A stretch of 64,000 bases of DNA from positions 608,001-672,000 of the forward strand of contig OZ242351.1 in the NCBI GenBank assembly GCA_965208675.1, written 5' to 3'. Every line of letters begins with the position of its first letter. Position 1 is the first letter of the stretch. This stretch comes from Candidatus Poribacteria bacterium. Its GTDB lineage: Bacteria; Poribacteria; WGA-4E; PCPOR2b. The translations under genes were made by a program, and so were the position numbers. Positions 16,675-25,773 of the stretch are shown here, one piece after another. The notes under the pieces are model-generated. The model was not told the origin of the DNA, ran no database searches, and saw only the letters and a list, made by a program, of their open reading frames with translations.

Positions 16675-19212
16675 ATGTCCGATTCCTTTGATAAATCTAG
16701 AGAAAATCGTCCACACGGACAATCTAATGTCACCATTGTTACTCTCGATTTGGGGCGTTGGATTCATGGTGAATTGCCCAATCAGATTGTAGAATTGGCA
16801 CGCAATGAACTTCAAGGCGGACTATTAGAGAACCGGTTGCGAGGTGCGTGGGTACGAGGATTTGCGCAGGATTTGCATCTGCACATAACAACCTACAACG
16901 AAGATTTCATCGTAAACGGCGCGTATACGAATCATCCCATTGAGGCCGCGGTGCGAGCCGCTGTCAATGCGGGTCTCATTGCGCTGGAACAAGCCGTTAA
17001 AATGCAACGCTGTACTGACGCGGCGAAGGAAGTCCTGACACTTGATACCGAACAGCAAGCCGAGGCGTTGGGGCCGTATTACCTAAACTTCCCCTTTACC
17101 GAGAGAGGCGCCGAACCCATATTTGCTGCGAAGGCTATCAACGGAAGCTGGGGATTCTTCAACCGCGCCGTTTTTAATCTGTTTTTCAACCCGGATAAAG
17201 GTTCCGGGAGGCGCATTGAGGGAAATGAATTTTTAGGTGTAGTTGAATCAATTGCGGATCTCAAGAACGGCGTGGATAATGTACGAACCTATGAGTTTGG
17301 CCCTGGAAACCTTAACGAAATGGTCGCGTTAATTGCCGACGCCGATGAATGGCGTCTCAGCCGCGTTTACGCAGTCCGTGGTAAGTTCGGTGAAAGTGAA
17401 CTGCGCGGAGAACCCGCCCTTGTGGTCGAAGGTGCCAAAAACCCAGTTTTGGTAGGTCGCTCTCAGTCAGGTCTTCCCGCTGTCGGTGAATTCACTCAAG
17501 CCGTTGGAGAATTCTGCTTTGGACCGGGAGGCGGCGCAGGCAAATACCGGGTTGGACTCATACCCGTTAATTTTGAGGAGGCGCGCTGCTATTCCATTCC
17601 TCAAGGTACAGCGAAAGTAGTCGCCTATGCCTATCAGTCCTACGGCTACGGAAAGATTCCGAGTGATTCGGATGTGGTTGACGTTTTTGACCAAAACCGC
17701 CCTGAGACTAGGCGTTTACAGCGAGATGCAGCAGACCTAATAGGGAAAATGGTCAGTCACGGGGAGTTTGAGCCTTACGTGAACCCAATGGCCGCAGAAG
17801 ATACCGCCTCACAGGAAGCGCAACATTTGGAGGCGCGATTTGAATCCATTCCTGAAATTTCCGACCCCTTGTTAGAAGCCGCCAACAAAAAGGCTAAATT
17901 CACACTTTCAGATATCAAAGCCGACAGCGGCGGCAAAGTCGGACATACCACACCGCCTCACCTGTTCCGATATGTCGCGGAAGCTAGCCTGCAAGAAGGG
18001 AAAGATGCAGGGCTAATTTTTGAATCGTCCGAAATCATAGAAGTCGGGGACGACGGACATCTGTTGATGAGTCATAACCGCGGCACCGATAGCAATGATA
18101 TTCATCTTTTCGCTTACCGTACTTTTTTCCGGCAAGTGTGGGTAGCGGAGGTGTTAGGACATAAGTGGTATGGTTTGGGGCAGGATTTGGTCGGCGAAAC
18201 TACGGCTGGACACCCTACCGAAGAATTGGCAAACCTTAACGATGCTTTCCTCAAATTATTGCCCAAATTCCTTCCTACTGTGGAACGTGCGCATATACGT
18301 CGGCTAGAAAATGCCTATAACGTGTGGAAGACTGGTGAAGGACAAGGGCATAAAGTACTTCACGTTTTCTCAGGAAACATCTCGGGACAAGGTCCCGGCT
18401 TTGCGGAACTCCCGTTGGTTCGCCCTGGCAGAATTGGGTTGCTGGCAATTGACAAAACAGGTCCCTCAGCTTTTAATTTGCCAATATGGTGGAGTCTAAA
18501 TCAAGCATCAGCATCGGGCGCCCTCACTTCCTATCTCAACCGAACCGGGGGAGTAGGCTGCGTACTGGAGATTTGGGATGTGGAACATCATCGTCGAATT
18601 TTCTTAGATTTCAAGAGTGAAGCAGAAATTGCACAGCATTTACTTGGCGCGGTCGAAAGGTTTAACATCAAGCGAATATGGAGCCGTCGAGGAAAAAACT
18701 GGAACGCAGAAAGCCCATCGGACGGACTGGGTGAGGTGCTTTTGGCGGCCTCCACAGAAAAGCTCGCGGTCATTACCGGCGGAGAATACCGAGGGAAAGA
18801 TGACCCTGTTTTGCTTGCAGTGGAGCCTTTGGCGGACGCGCTCAACCTATTCATGCGCGACTGCTTTTATATGACCCAGGGAGATGGCCGAGGTTCTCAT
18901 TTCATGTTCCCGACGCCGCTTCCCTTCCAAGATGCTATTGCGACGGTCAACAGCCGCGCCGTGGCGGTGTCCGCTTGGGTAAGTATAAATTCTGACGGTC
19001 AGATTTGTGGGTTGCAAGACGTTTTTTCGGATGCAATCTACGAAACTGCACGGGATCGAGCTTACCGGTTCAATAAAGCAATCTGGGATGCTCAAGGTGG
19101 CAACTTTATTCCCGTCGGTGTAGGTTCAGCCAAGGTAGAACAATCCTATCCTCTGGCAAAAACGCTGGACCGCATCACCGCCTCAAATTCCGAGTTTGCG
19201 TCCAAGCACTAG
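16675..19212 (+). CDS. fbp: Tandem-duplicated class V fructose-1,6-bisphosphate aldolase/phosphatase
   Basis: C-half has IKADSGG.VGH, VGDD, YGLGQDL, FSGNISGQGPG, DKT, YRGKDDP and RGSH. N-half is a degenerate copy with ERGAEP, RSQSGLPAVGE and HGEFEP. Confidence 0.85.
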   Translation: MSDSFDKSRENRPHGQSNVTIVTLDLGRWIHGELPNQIVELARNELQGGLLENRLRGAWVRGFAQDLHLHITTYNEDFIVNGAYTNHPIEAAVRAAVNAGLIALEQAVKMQRCTDAAKEVLTLDTEQQAEALGPYYLNFPFTERGAEPIFAAKAINGSWGFFNRAVFNLFFNPDKGSGRRIEGNEFLGVVESIADLKNGVDNVRTYEFGPGNLNEMVALIADADEWRLSRVYAVRGKFGESELRGEPALVVEGAKNPVLVGRSQSGLPAVGEFTQAVGEFCFGPGGGAGKYRVGLIPVNFEEARCYSIPQGTAKVVAYAYQSYGYGKIPSDSDVVDVFDQNRPETRRLQRDAADLIGKMVSHGEFEPYVNPMAAEDTASQEAQHLEARFESIPEISDPLLEAANKKAKFTLSDIKADSGGKVGHTTPPHLFRYVAEASLQEGKDAGLIFESSEIIEVGDDGHLLMSHNRGTDSNDIHLFAYRTFFRQVWVAEVLGHKWYGLGQDLVGETTAGHPTEELANLNDAFLKLLPKFLPTVERAHIRRLENAYNVWKTGEGQGHKVLHVFSGNISGQGPGFAELPLVRPGRIGLLAIDKTGPSAFNLPIWWSLNQASASGALTSYLNRTGGVGCVLEIWDVEHHRRIFLDFKSEAEIAQHLLGAVERFNIKRIWSRRGKNWNAESPSDGLGEVLLAASTEKLAVITGGEYRGKDDPVLLAVEPLADALNLFMRDCFYMTQGDGRGSHFMFPTPLPFQDAIATVNSRAVAVSAWVSINSDGQICGLQDVFSDAIYETARDRAYRFNKAIWDAQGGNFIPVGVGSAKVEQSYPLAKTLDRITASNSEFASKH

Positions 19213-19593
19213 CACGGGTTTCAGGAAAGAAAAAACAACTCGAAACTACCAGGCCACGCCTCTTTGGTTTTAACCCTGCCAAGTTTGCACAAACTGCGAT
19301 TTCAAAAACGTTTACTACGCAGCAAAGTCATTCATTGCCAAGGGTTTTGGAATAGAATGACTGTGCGTGCTGAACCTACCAATGCAGGACGCTTTAAATA
19401 GATATGGTACTGTGAAACCAAACCTATACGCCACACAGTTTCGCATTGGGTTTACATATCTCTTCAACTCCAAATGTGAATATCCCGTGTTGGAATAGCA
19501 ATTGAAGCATTGCTGACCAACCCCGTACTATCTGATGCATGTTCCTCGCAAGCGTTGTCCTATGGGGACAGAAAAAACAATTGAACAAAATTA

Positions 19594-19622
19594 TTGACAA
19601 AGCGGAAGTCATCTGATATACT
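19594..19622 (+). promoter_or_regulatory. Sigma70 promoter of the TetR gene
   Basis: TTGACA, 17 bp spacer, extended TGnTATACT. Confidence 0.75.
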
Positions 19623-19635
19623 TAACGGCGTTAAG
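19621..19635. promoter_or_regulatory. Putative TetR operator 1
   Basis: Perfect palindrome CTTAAC-GGC-GTTAAG overlapping the -10/+1. Confidence 0.7.
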
Positions 19636-19666
19636 TTAAATTACGATGTAAATTAATGGTTATGTA

Positions 19667-20272
19667 ATGGGCGTTAAAGAACGCAGAAAAAGGGAAAAAG
19701 AGCAGTTACGGCGTCAGATTCTTGCTGCCGCGCGAGAGTTGTTCGTCAATGAAGGCTACGAAAACGTCTCTATGCGAAAGATTGCCGATAAGATTGAGTA
19801 TTCGCCGACGATGATTTACCTATACTTCAATGGAAAGGCAGATCTTTTGGATTCCGTTTGCCAAGAAACTCTCCTGAACTTATTGAATACATTTGAACTA
19901 CTGAAAAAGGATAAAAGCGACCCCGTTGAGAACCTGAGAAAAAGTGGTAAAGCCTATGTCGAATTCGGTCTAAAGTACCCGCAGGATTATAAGCTGACAT
20001 TTGTCGTCCGTCCTCAGTACCAGAAGGGTTTAGGTCTGCCAGAAGGATCGATTGGCGAAAGAGTGTTTAATTACCTGAGTGCAATGGTCTCCGAATGTGT
20101 TCGACAGAAGACCTTCCGCCAAGTGGATGTCGAAATCACCGGTCAAGCGCTGTGGTCAGCAGTTCACGGAGTTACCATGCTCCTGATTGATTTCCCCGAT
20201 TTCCCCTGGACAGCCAAAGATAAATTGATTGACACGGTGATACACACGATGATCGGAGGTTTGAAGGCGTAG
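19667..20272 (+). CDS. TetR/AcrR-family regulator (WHG-like C-terminal domain)
   Basis: ILAAARELF...SMRKIA..IEYSP..IYLYF..K; WSAVHG. Confidence 0.95.
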   Translation: MGVKERRKREKEQLRRQILAAARELFVNEGYENVSMRKIADKIEYSPTMIYLYFNGKADLLDSVCQETLLNLLNTFELLKKDKSDPVENLRKSGKAYVEFGLKYPQDYKLTFVVRPQYQKGLGLPEGSIGERVFNYLSAMVSECVRQKTFRQVDVEITGQALWSAVHGVTMLLIDFPDFPWTAKDKLIDTVIHTMIGGLKA

Positions 20273-20318
20273 ATATTGAATTATTGGGCGAGGTTTTATA
20301 TATTTTTTTGGCGTTTTG

Positions 20319-20331
20319 TTAACACTGTTAA
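20319..20331. promoter_or_regulatory. Putative TetR operator 2
   Basis: TTAAC-ACT-GTTAA, the same TTAAC-N3-GTTAA palindrome, upstream of the lipoprotein gene. Confidence 0.6.
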
Positions 20332-20478
20332 TTTAATTATCTATGTTAATAGATGAAATCTAATGAAAGGTAAACAAAAATTAATAAGCATATCCAATCC
20401 TACAAACACTGTCTTTATGCAATTCTTAACTCGCCAAGCAATCAGGCGGACTGCTGCCGACGGAGTCTGCTTTCCATA

Positions 20479-22041
20479 GTGGTGCTTGGAGTGTTCTTAT
20501 CGGGATGCACGACGCTGTTCGGGAAAGAGGTTAATCCGATACCCCTTGCCTCCGAGGAATTTTCTTTCAAGCAGTACGAAATCGTCACGGGCACAGCAAA
20601 ACACCAAACCGTTTTGACAGGATTTCTTCTTGGCGGTATTAGCGCGGAAATTGTAGTGGTGAGCATCGACACGGCGCATAATCGCCGGTTATTTCTGTAC
20701 GAATTTAACAGCGAGAGTTGGGCAATAAAGCTCGACGCAACGCTGCGTCCGGAAGTGCTATTCGTCGACGTGGTTAACATCAAAGGACGCGACCGATTGA
20801 TTACATATGAGCACGGTCGCATAAATTGGTTCGAGCCCGAAGCATCAATCGAGCACTTGCTGGTCGAGGTTAGTACTAATATCCCGCCTCCCGAAATTGA
20901 TGTCCCCCATGTTGATATTACGCGGGACCTCAATGGTGATGATCGAGACGATATAGTCTTGCCGGATGCCGACGGCTTCTGGGTGTTCATCCAGATGAAC
21001 GATGGTGCATTCGCCGATCCGATAAAGATTGGTCCCTCGTTTAAGATGGGTGAAATCTACACGGCTGACGGGTACCGATTCATCCCATGGAATGAAAGCC
21101 GCATCCACGAAGTGGACTATAACCGAGATGGGCGCATTGACCTCGTCTTCTGGCGTGAGGACCACTTCGTAGTTCATCCTCAAGATGAGCATGGGCTGTT
21201 TTCTCCAGATACGGAGACCTTCTGTACGGAAGTGAGATTCGATTCGGACGACCTCTCATCGCTTGTCGCGCCCGAAGGGGTACGCGGCAGGCGTTTTGAT
21301 CACGGTGCACCTGGAGTCATGACGGGAAGAGTGTTGCACGAATTGACCGATATGAACCATGACGGTGTCGCCGACCTGGCGGTATTTTCCTTGCAGGCGG
21401 GGAGTGGCCGCCTATTCGGTCAGACATCCAAGTTGTGGGGTATGCGCTCCACCTACGAGGTGCACTTTGGGGTGCCGGCGCCGGGCGCCACTGAATTCGG
21501 ATTAGAGGTTGGCACCATGATTCGGGCAGACGGAATCCCGTTCGAGATAGCCACGCGCGACTTCGACCACGATGGTCATGTCGATGTGATGTTCACGGTC
21601 ATTAATCCGGGTGTCTTCAAAATCATCGGTATGTTGGTAAGGGGGATGGCCACGGATTCCGCGTTGCTAGATCTCAATCTCTACCGCTTGACAGACAACA
21701 CGTATCCCGACGACCCCAACACTTCTCGTAAAATCAAAGCGTATACTCCTGGAGATTCAGGGGAGAAAGCCATGCACTTTCCGGCGCTGCTCTACGGGGA
21801 CGTATCCGGCGACGGACTCTCGGACCTTTTGGTACAGAATGGACTGAAAGAACTTTACGTCTTCATCGGCGAGCGCGGCCCGAATATGTTCGCCCGGAAG
21901 CCTCAAAAGGTAGCAATCAACATGCCGTACGAGGAATACACCCAGTTGATAGATCTTAACGGAGACGGCTTATATGATGTCCTCATGCATCACCCGTCCA
22001 TCGCAGAGCCGCATCGGGTGACTATGCTTATTGCTCAATGA
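20479..22041 (+). CDS. FG-GAP/VCBS-repeat lipoprotein (start uncertain)
   Basis: LSGC lipobox; several DxNxDGxxD loops (DLNGDDRDD, DYNRDGRID, DMNHDGVAD, DFDHDGHVD, DVSGDGLSD, DLNGDGLYD). Confidence 0.85.
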   Translation: MVLGVFLSGCTTLFGKEVNPIPLASEEFSFKQYEIVTGTAKHQTVLTGFLLGGISAEIVVVSIDTAHNRRLFLYEFNSESWAIKLDATLRPEVLFVDVVNIKGRDRLITYEHGRINWFEPEASIEHLLVEVSTNIPPPEIDVPHVDITRDLNGDDRDDIVLPDADGFWVFIQMNDGAFADPIKIGPSFKMGEIYTADGYRFIPWNESRIHEVDYNRDGRIDLVFWREDHFVVHPQDEHGLFSPDTETFCTEVRFDSDDLSSLVAPEGVRGRRFDHGAPGVMTGRVLHELTDMNHDGVADLAVFSLQAGSGRLFGQTSKLWGMRSTYEVHFGVPAPGATEFGLEVGTMIRADGIPFEIATRDFDHDGHVDVMFTVINPGVFKIIGMLVRGMATDSALLDLNLYRLTDNTYPDDPNTSRKIKAYTPGDSGEKAMHFPALLYGDVSGDGLSDLLVQNGLKELYVFIGERGPNMFARKPQKVAINMPYEEYTQLIDLNGDGLYDVLMHHPSIAEPHRVTMLIAQ

Positions 22042-22079
22042 CCAAAAAATCGAAAATAGATTGATAGGAGAAATTTACT

Positions 22080-22646
22080 ATGAGAATCACAGGGAAACAC
22101 GATTCAAACCGAAAATCAGCGGCAATATTAATTGCAACAATGACTTGTGTATGTTTGGGGTTAATTGTCAGTTTTTCGAATCAAGCACACGCATCTGATC
22201 TCACCAAAAAATTCGGTATTGGACTCCAGGGAGCCACACCCGCATTTGGCGGAATTAGTTTTCGTTACAACGGGCTTGCGCCCGTCTATCTTCAAACCGT
22301 TGGACGTTTTATTCTCAATAATCAGGATAGCGACCATATGTTAGGCGCAAGCGTTTCATATGCCATTTTCGAGCATAATGGCAGGCGGAACTTAGCCCGG
22401 CTGTATTTTAGTTTAGAAGGTGGCTGGCGGTATGAAGAAGCGCAGGAGCATGGCAGATCAAAGGTGGAAACCACGACGCTAGCGGCAGGAATCGCTTTTG
22501 GAGGCGAACTGGTGTTTTCATTTGGAGGGATTCCGCTCGGCTTAAACGCGGAAGTAGGTCAAGGGTTTGGCAGGGAAAAAGACACGTCTCAATCCAACGG
22601 TATTGCCGGCGTTTACGTAGGAACGGGCATACATGCCTATTTTTGA
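22080..22646 (+). CDS. Putative small outer-membrane beta-barrel protein
   Basis: Signal peptide ending AHA, amphipathic strands, C-terminal GIHAYF. Confidence 0.7.
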   Translation: MRITGKHDSNRKSAAILIATMTCVCLGLIVSFSNQAHASDLTKKFGIGLQGATPAFGGISFRYNGLAPVYLQTVGRFILNNQDSDHMLGASVSYAIFEHNGRRNLARLYFSLEGGWRYEEAQEHGRSKVETTTLAAGIAFGGELVFSFGGIPLGLNAEVGQGFGREKDTSQSNGIAGVYVGTGIHAYF

Positions 22647-22766
22647 ATCTCTATAAGCATTGCGCAGTTCATCGCTTAATAGCCTCGAGTTGTTAATTTA
22701 AACCTTGTAATCAGTGGTGTTTTGCCGGACGCAACCCGACGTCATCACCAATTCCAAACACATTTG

Positions 22767-24062
22767 TTATGTCAAATAAGGTTGAATGTGAGCAAGTGTC
22801 CGTTGGGTAGCTCCCAAGTTTTCCTCAATGGTTTCCATCGCAATTTTCCCCATCCGATCGCACAGGCCTGGGTTGGAAAGCAGCAATTTAAGAACAGTCG
22901 CCATCTCTTGAACAGAATTGACCAAACGTGCCGCGCCCCGGTCCTTCAGTAGGTATGCTTCATGTGCATTATGGATGGTAGGACCGAATAGAATAGGTTT
23001 TGCCATTGCGGCTGGCTCCATCACGTTGTGCACGCTTCCGTTAAAGCTCCCGCCGACAAACGCTAAATCTCCTAGCCGATAGAGTTTTGCGAGCATACCC
23101 ACAATGTCAATTACGATTGCATCAATTTTGCTTAAGTCGTCCACTGCTTTCAGCTGCGAAAAACACGTGTGTGTAAATCCTTGCCGATCCAATTGAGTCC
23201 GAATTTCTGAGATTCGTTCGGCTGTAGGCTCGTGGGGGACCAGGACTAAACTCGGCATGTCCTGCGGCGAATCTCGGCGAAGGAGATGGCATGCTTCAAA
23301 CAGAACTCGTTCATCTTTCGAGTAAGTGCTTCCCGCTATTAAGATGGGATGCTTTAAGGTAGATTGCCCCGGGAAGAATTGAGCGTCGGCATCAATCGCG
23401 GCCGCATGTTGAAAAACCCGATCAAAACGAGTATCCCCCGTGACTTGGATTTGAGCGTTTATCGGGCAAATACGTCGAAACCGTTGTGCGTCTAGGTTTG
23501 ATATAACGCAGTGCACCGAAATGTGATGATGGACGCACTTGAAAAAAGACCGGGCAAAGGGGGTCAATCGTTTGGATTTTGCATGCAGCGATCCAGCGAT
23601 GAGGATGATCGGTATCCTACTTTTGGATGCGCACCAGACTAGGTTGGGCCAAATGTCGAACTTGGAAAAGATTAGGACGGACGGCTTGATAAGTTGAATG
23701 AGCCATTTAGTGTTACGAATGGTGTCAAGAGGAAGATAGGAGGCTGCATCGCAATGCGGATATTTTGCAATGTTGGGATGTACCGAAGGGGAGAAGTAAG
23801 TTAGGACGATTCGTGTGTCATCTTTAACGGCTTCGATTAGCGGTTTGGCTTGCTCGAATTCGCCAACGGAGGTGAAATGAAACCAAACCGTTCGGTCGAT
23901 TTCTCGTGAGGATTCCAACTGGCTTTTCAGATTCGTAAAAACGTTTCGTCTGCCGGTTATCCCCTCACGAGTCTTTGCGTTAAACCTTGCACCTATGTGG
24001 AATCCGACGAACAGTGCGGGAACTACGATTGTGTTATAGAACGCTCTCCAAATTATATCCAT
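22767..24062 (-). CDS. waaA: 3-deoxy-D-manno-octulosonic acid (Kdo) transferase
   Basis: WFHFTSVGEFEQ, YLPLD, DIWPN, GDTRFD, AGST, FVGGSF...HNVMEPA. Confidence 0.92.
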   Translation of the reverse strand: MDIIWRAFYNTIVVPALFVGFHIGARFNAKTREGITGRRNVFTNLKSQLESSREIDRTVWFHFTSVGEFEQAKPLIEAVKDDTRIVLTYFSPSVHPNIAKYPHCDAASYLPLDTIRNTKWLIQLIKPSVLIFSKFDIWPNLVWCASKSRIPIILIAGSLHAKSKRLTPFARSFFKCVHHHISVHCVISNLDAQRFRRICPINAQIQVTGDTRFDRVFQHAAAIDADAQFFPGQSTLKHPILIAGSTYSKDERVLFEACHLLRRDSPQDMPSLVLVPHEPTAERISEIRTQLDRQGFTHTCFSQLKAVDDLSKIDAIVIDIVGMLAKLYRLGDLAFVGGSFNGSVHNVMEPAAMAKPILFGPTIHNAHEAYLLKDRGAARLVNSVQEMATVLKLLLSNPGLCDRMGKIAMETIEENLGATQRTLAHIQPYLT

Positions 24063-24159
24063 CGAATATGCGTTCCTTCACAATTGAACGAATGGACCGG
24101 CGCAAAACGCATAAAAGTTCCGTTTTGCGCATTGTGGCATCTGTTTCGGTATCCATTTT

Positions 24160-24486
24160 CTACAACGCGGAGAGTATCTTTTCCTTCAGGGCGCCTTTTG
24201 GTAATGCACCGACTATCTGCCCTTTAACCTCCCCATCGCCAAACACTAGCAGCGTGGGGATGCTGAGGACGCGGTATTTCATTGCAGTGTCACGATTGTC
24301 ATCAACGTTGAGCTTGCCGACTTTGAACTGGGCGGTATGTTCGTCGGCGAGTTCTTCCAAGATTGGGGCAATCATCTTACACGGTCCGCACCATTCCGCC
24401 CAAAAATCAACAACAATCGGCATATCCGAATTTAATACAGTTTCCTCAAATGTGTCGTCAGTTATTTCTAGAACGTTTTTAGCCAT
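24160..24486 (-). CDS. trxA: Thioredoxin
   Basis: WAEWCGPCK, SIPT. Confidence 0.97.
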   Translation of the reverse strand: MAKNVLEITDDTFEETVLNSDMPIVVDFWAEWCGPCKMIAPILEELADEHTAQFKVGKLNVDDNRDTAMKYRVLSIPTLLVFGDGEVKGQIVGALPKGALKEKILSAL

Positions 24487-24774
24487 TTAGTTTTCTCCTA
24501 AACAATTCCTTCAATCGCAAAAAATGCCGAGGTGTTCACCACGCTGTGAACTTCAGCATTTACGCTGAAATGGTCAAACTCAAATTTGTATCAATTATTG
24601 CCAACAGATCTCTAATATGATACCCTAAAAATATGTGGAATTGACGTTCAACACCCGATCTTGCGTCTGGGACGAGGACGAAACGCCCAAGTTGTCTACC
24701 TTTAATAAAAGAGAAAAACACTGACGGAGTACAACCCTAAATTTTGGGTCTATACACCGCAGCCGAGTAATTTT

Positions 24775-25587
24775 ATGCTAATTCGTTCTACTTCAAACCC
24801 ACACATCAAATACATTCGGACCTTGTGCGAAAAACGGAAGGCGCGGAATATCCGCCATGAGTTTTTCGTAGAAGGAGTCCGCGCAGTCTCTGAAGCATTC
24901 AGTCACGGTTGGAATGTGAAAAAACTGATTTACTGTCCGTCATTGGTTCGATCCGATTGGGCGAAGAAGATTGTTGCGGAATCCGATCCGTTTATTCACC
25001 TTCAAATTTCAGAAAATCTGCATAATAAACTGTGCGACCGCAACGATTTAGAATTGATGGCAATCATTTCACAGGTCGGGGACGATTTTGACCGCATCCC
25101 GATTCGATCGAATCTTCTTGCCATCGCAGCGGAAAATCCGCAGAATCGAGGGAATTTGGGGACAATCATCCGATCCGCCGACGCTATGGGTGCACACGGA
25201 GTATTGATAATTGAGCCCGCTGTCGATCTCTACGATCCCAAAACGGTTCGGGCCACAATGGGATCTTTGTTTGCATTGCCTGTAATTCGGATTGAAAGCC
25301 ACGCACTGTTCCGGAGTTGGCATGAAAAAGTTTGTGCGGTTCTCGGGGTGCTACAGGTCGTTGGCACAAGCCCACATGCGTCAACGACAATCGACAAGGT
25401 CAACTTTATGGCCCCAACGCTGCTGGTTGTTGGTAATGAACAAGCCGGAATCAGCAAACAGCTTGAAACAATGTGTGATGCGTTGATTTCTATCCCAATG
25501 TCAGGATCGGCGGATTCTCTGAACAGCGCAATCGCCGCGTCAGTCGCCCTTTATGAAGCCAATCGTCAACGATTTTCGAGCAAGTGA
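24775..25587 (+). CDS. TrmH/SpoU-family RNA 2'-O-methyltransferase (TsnR/AviRb-like)
   Basis: GNLGTIIRS, RATMGS, GNEQAG, IPMSG..DSLN. Confidence 0.92.
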   Translation: MLIRSTSNPHIKYIRTLCEKRKARNIRHEFFVEGVRAVSEAFSHGWNVKKLIYCPSLVRSDWAKKIVAESDPFIHLQISENLHNKLCDRNDLELMAIISQVGDDFDRIPIRSNLLAIAAENPQNRGNLGTIIRSADAMGAHGVLIIEPAVDLYDPKTVRATMGSLFALPVIRIESHALFRSWHEKVCAVLGVLQVVGTSPHASTTIDKVNFMAPTLLVVGNEQAGISKQLETMCDALISIPMSGSADSLNSAIAASVALYEANRQRFSSK

Positions 25588-25773
25588 ATTAATCGTGCCT
25601 GCTATTGTCCAGTCAGTCCAATCACCGCGTAAAACCGCCACATTTAACACTTACGTCGTCTTTTTTACCGTCTGTTTTATTCTTTTGAGGCGGCGTTTTT
25701 GACGGTGATGAATGAGTGTCCTTCGTCGAACTCGTCCACTCTTGCTACGCGCCATCCAATCACCTCCTTACTA

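Noticed and set aside
24660-24735. Hammerhead-like fragments (gacgaggacgaaac, ctgacgga)
   Set aside because: There is no CUGANGA core in the correct order with supporting stems.
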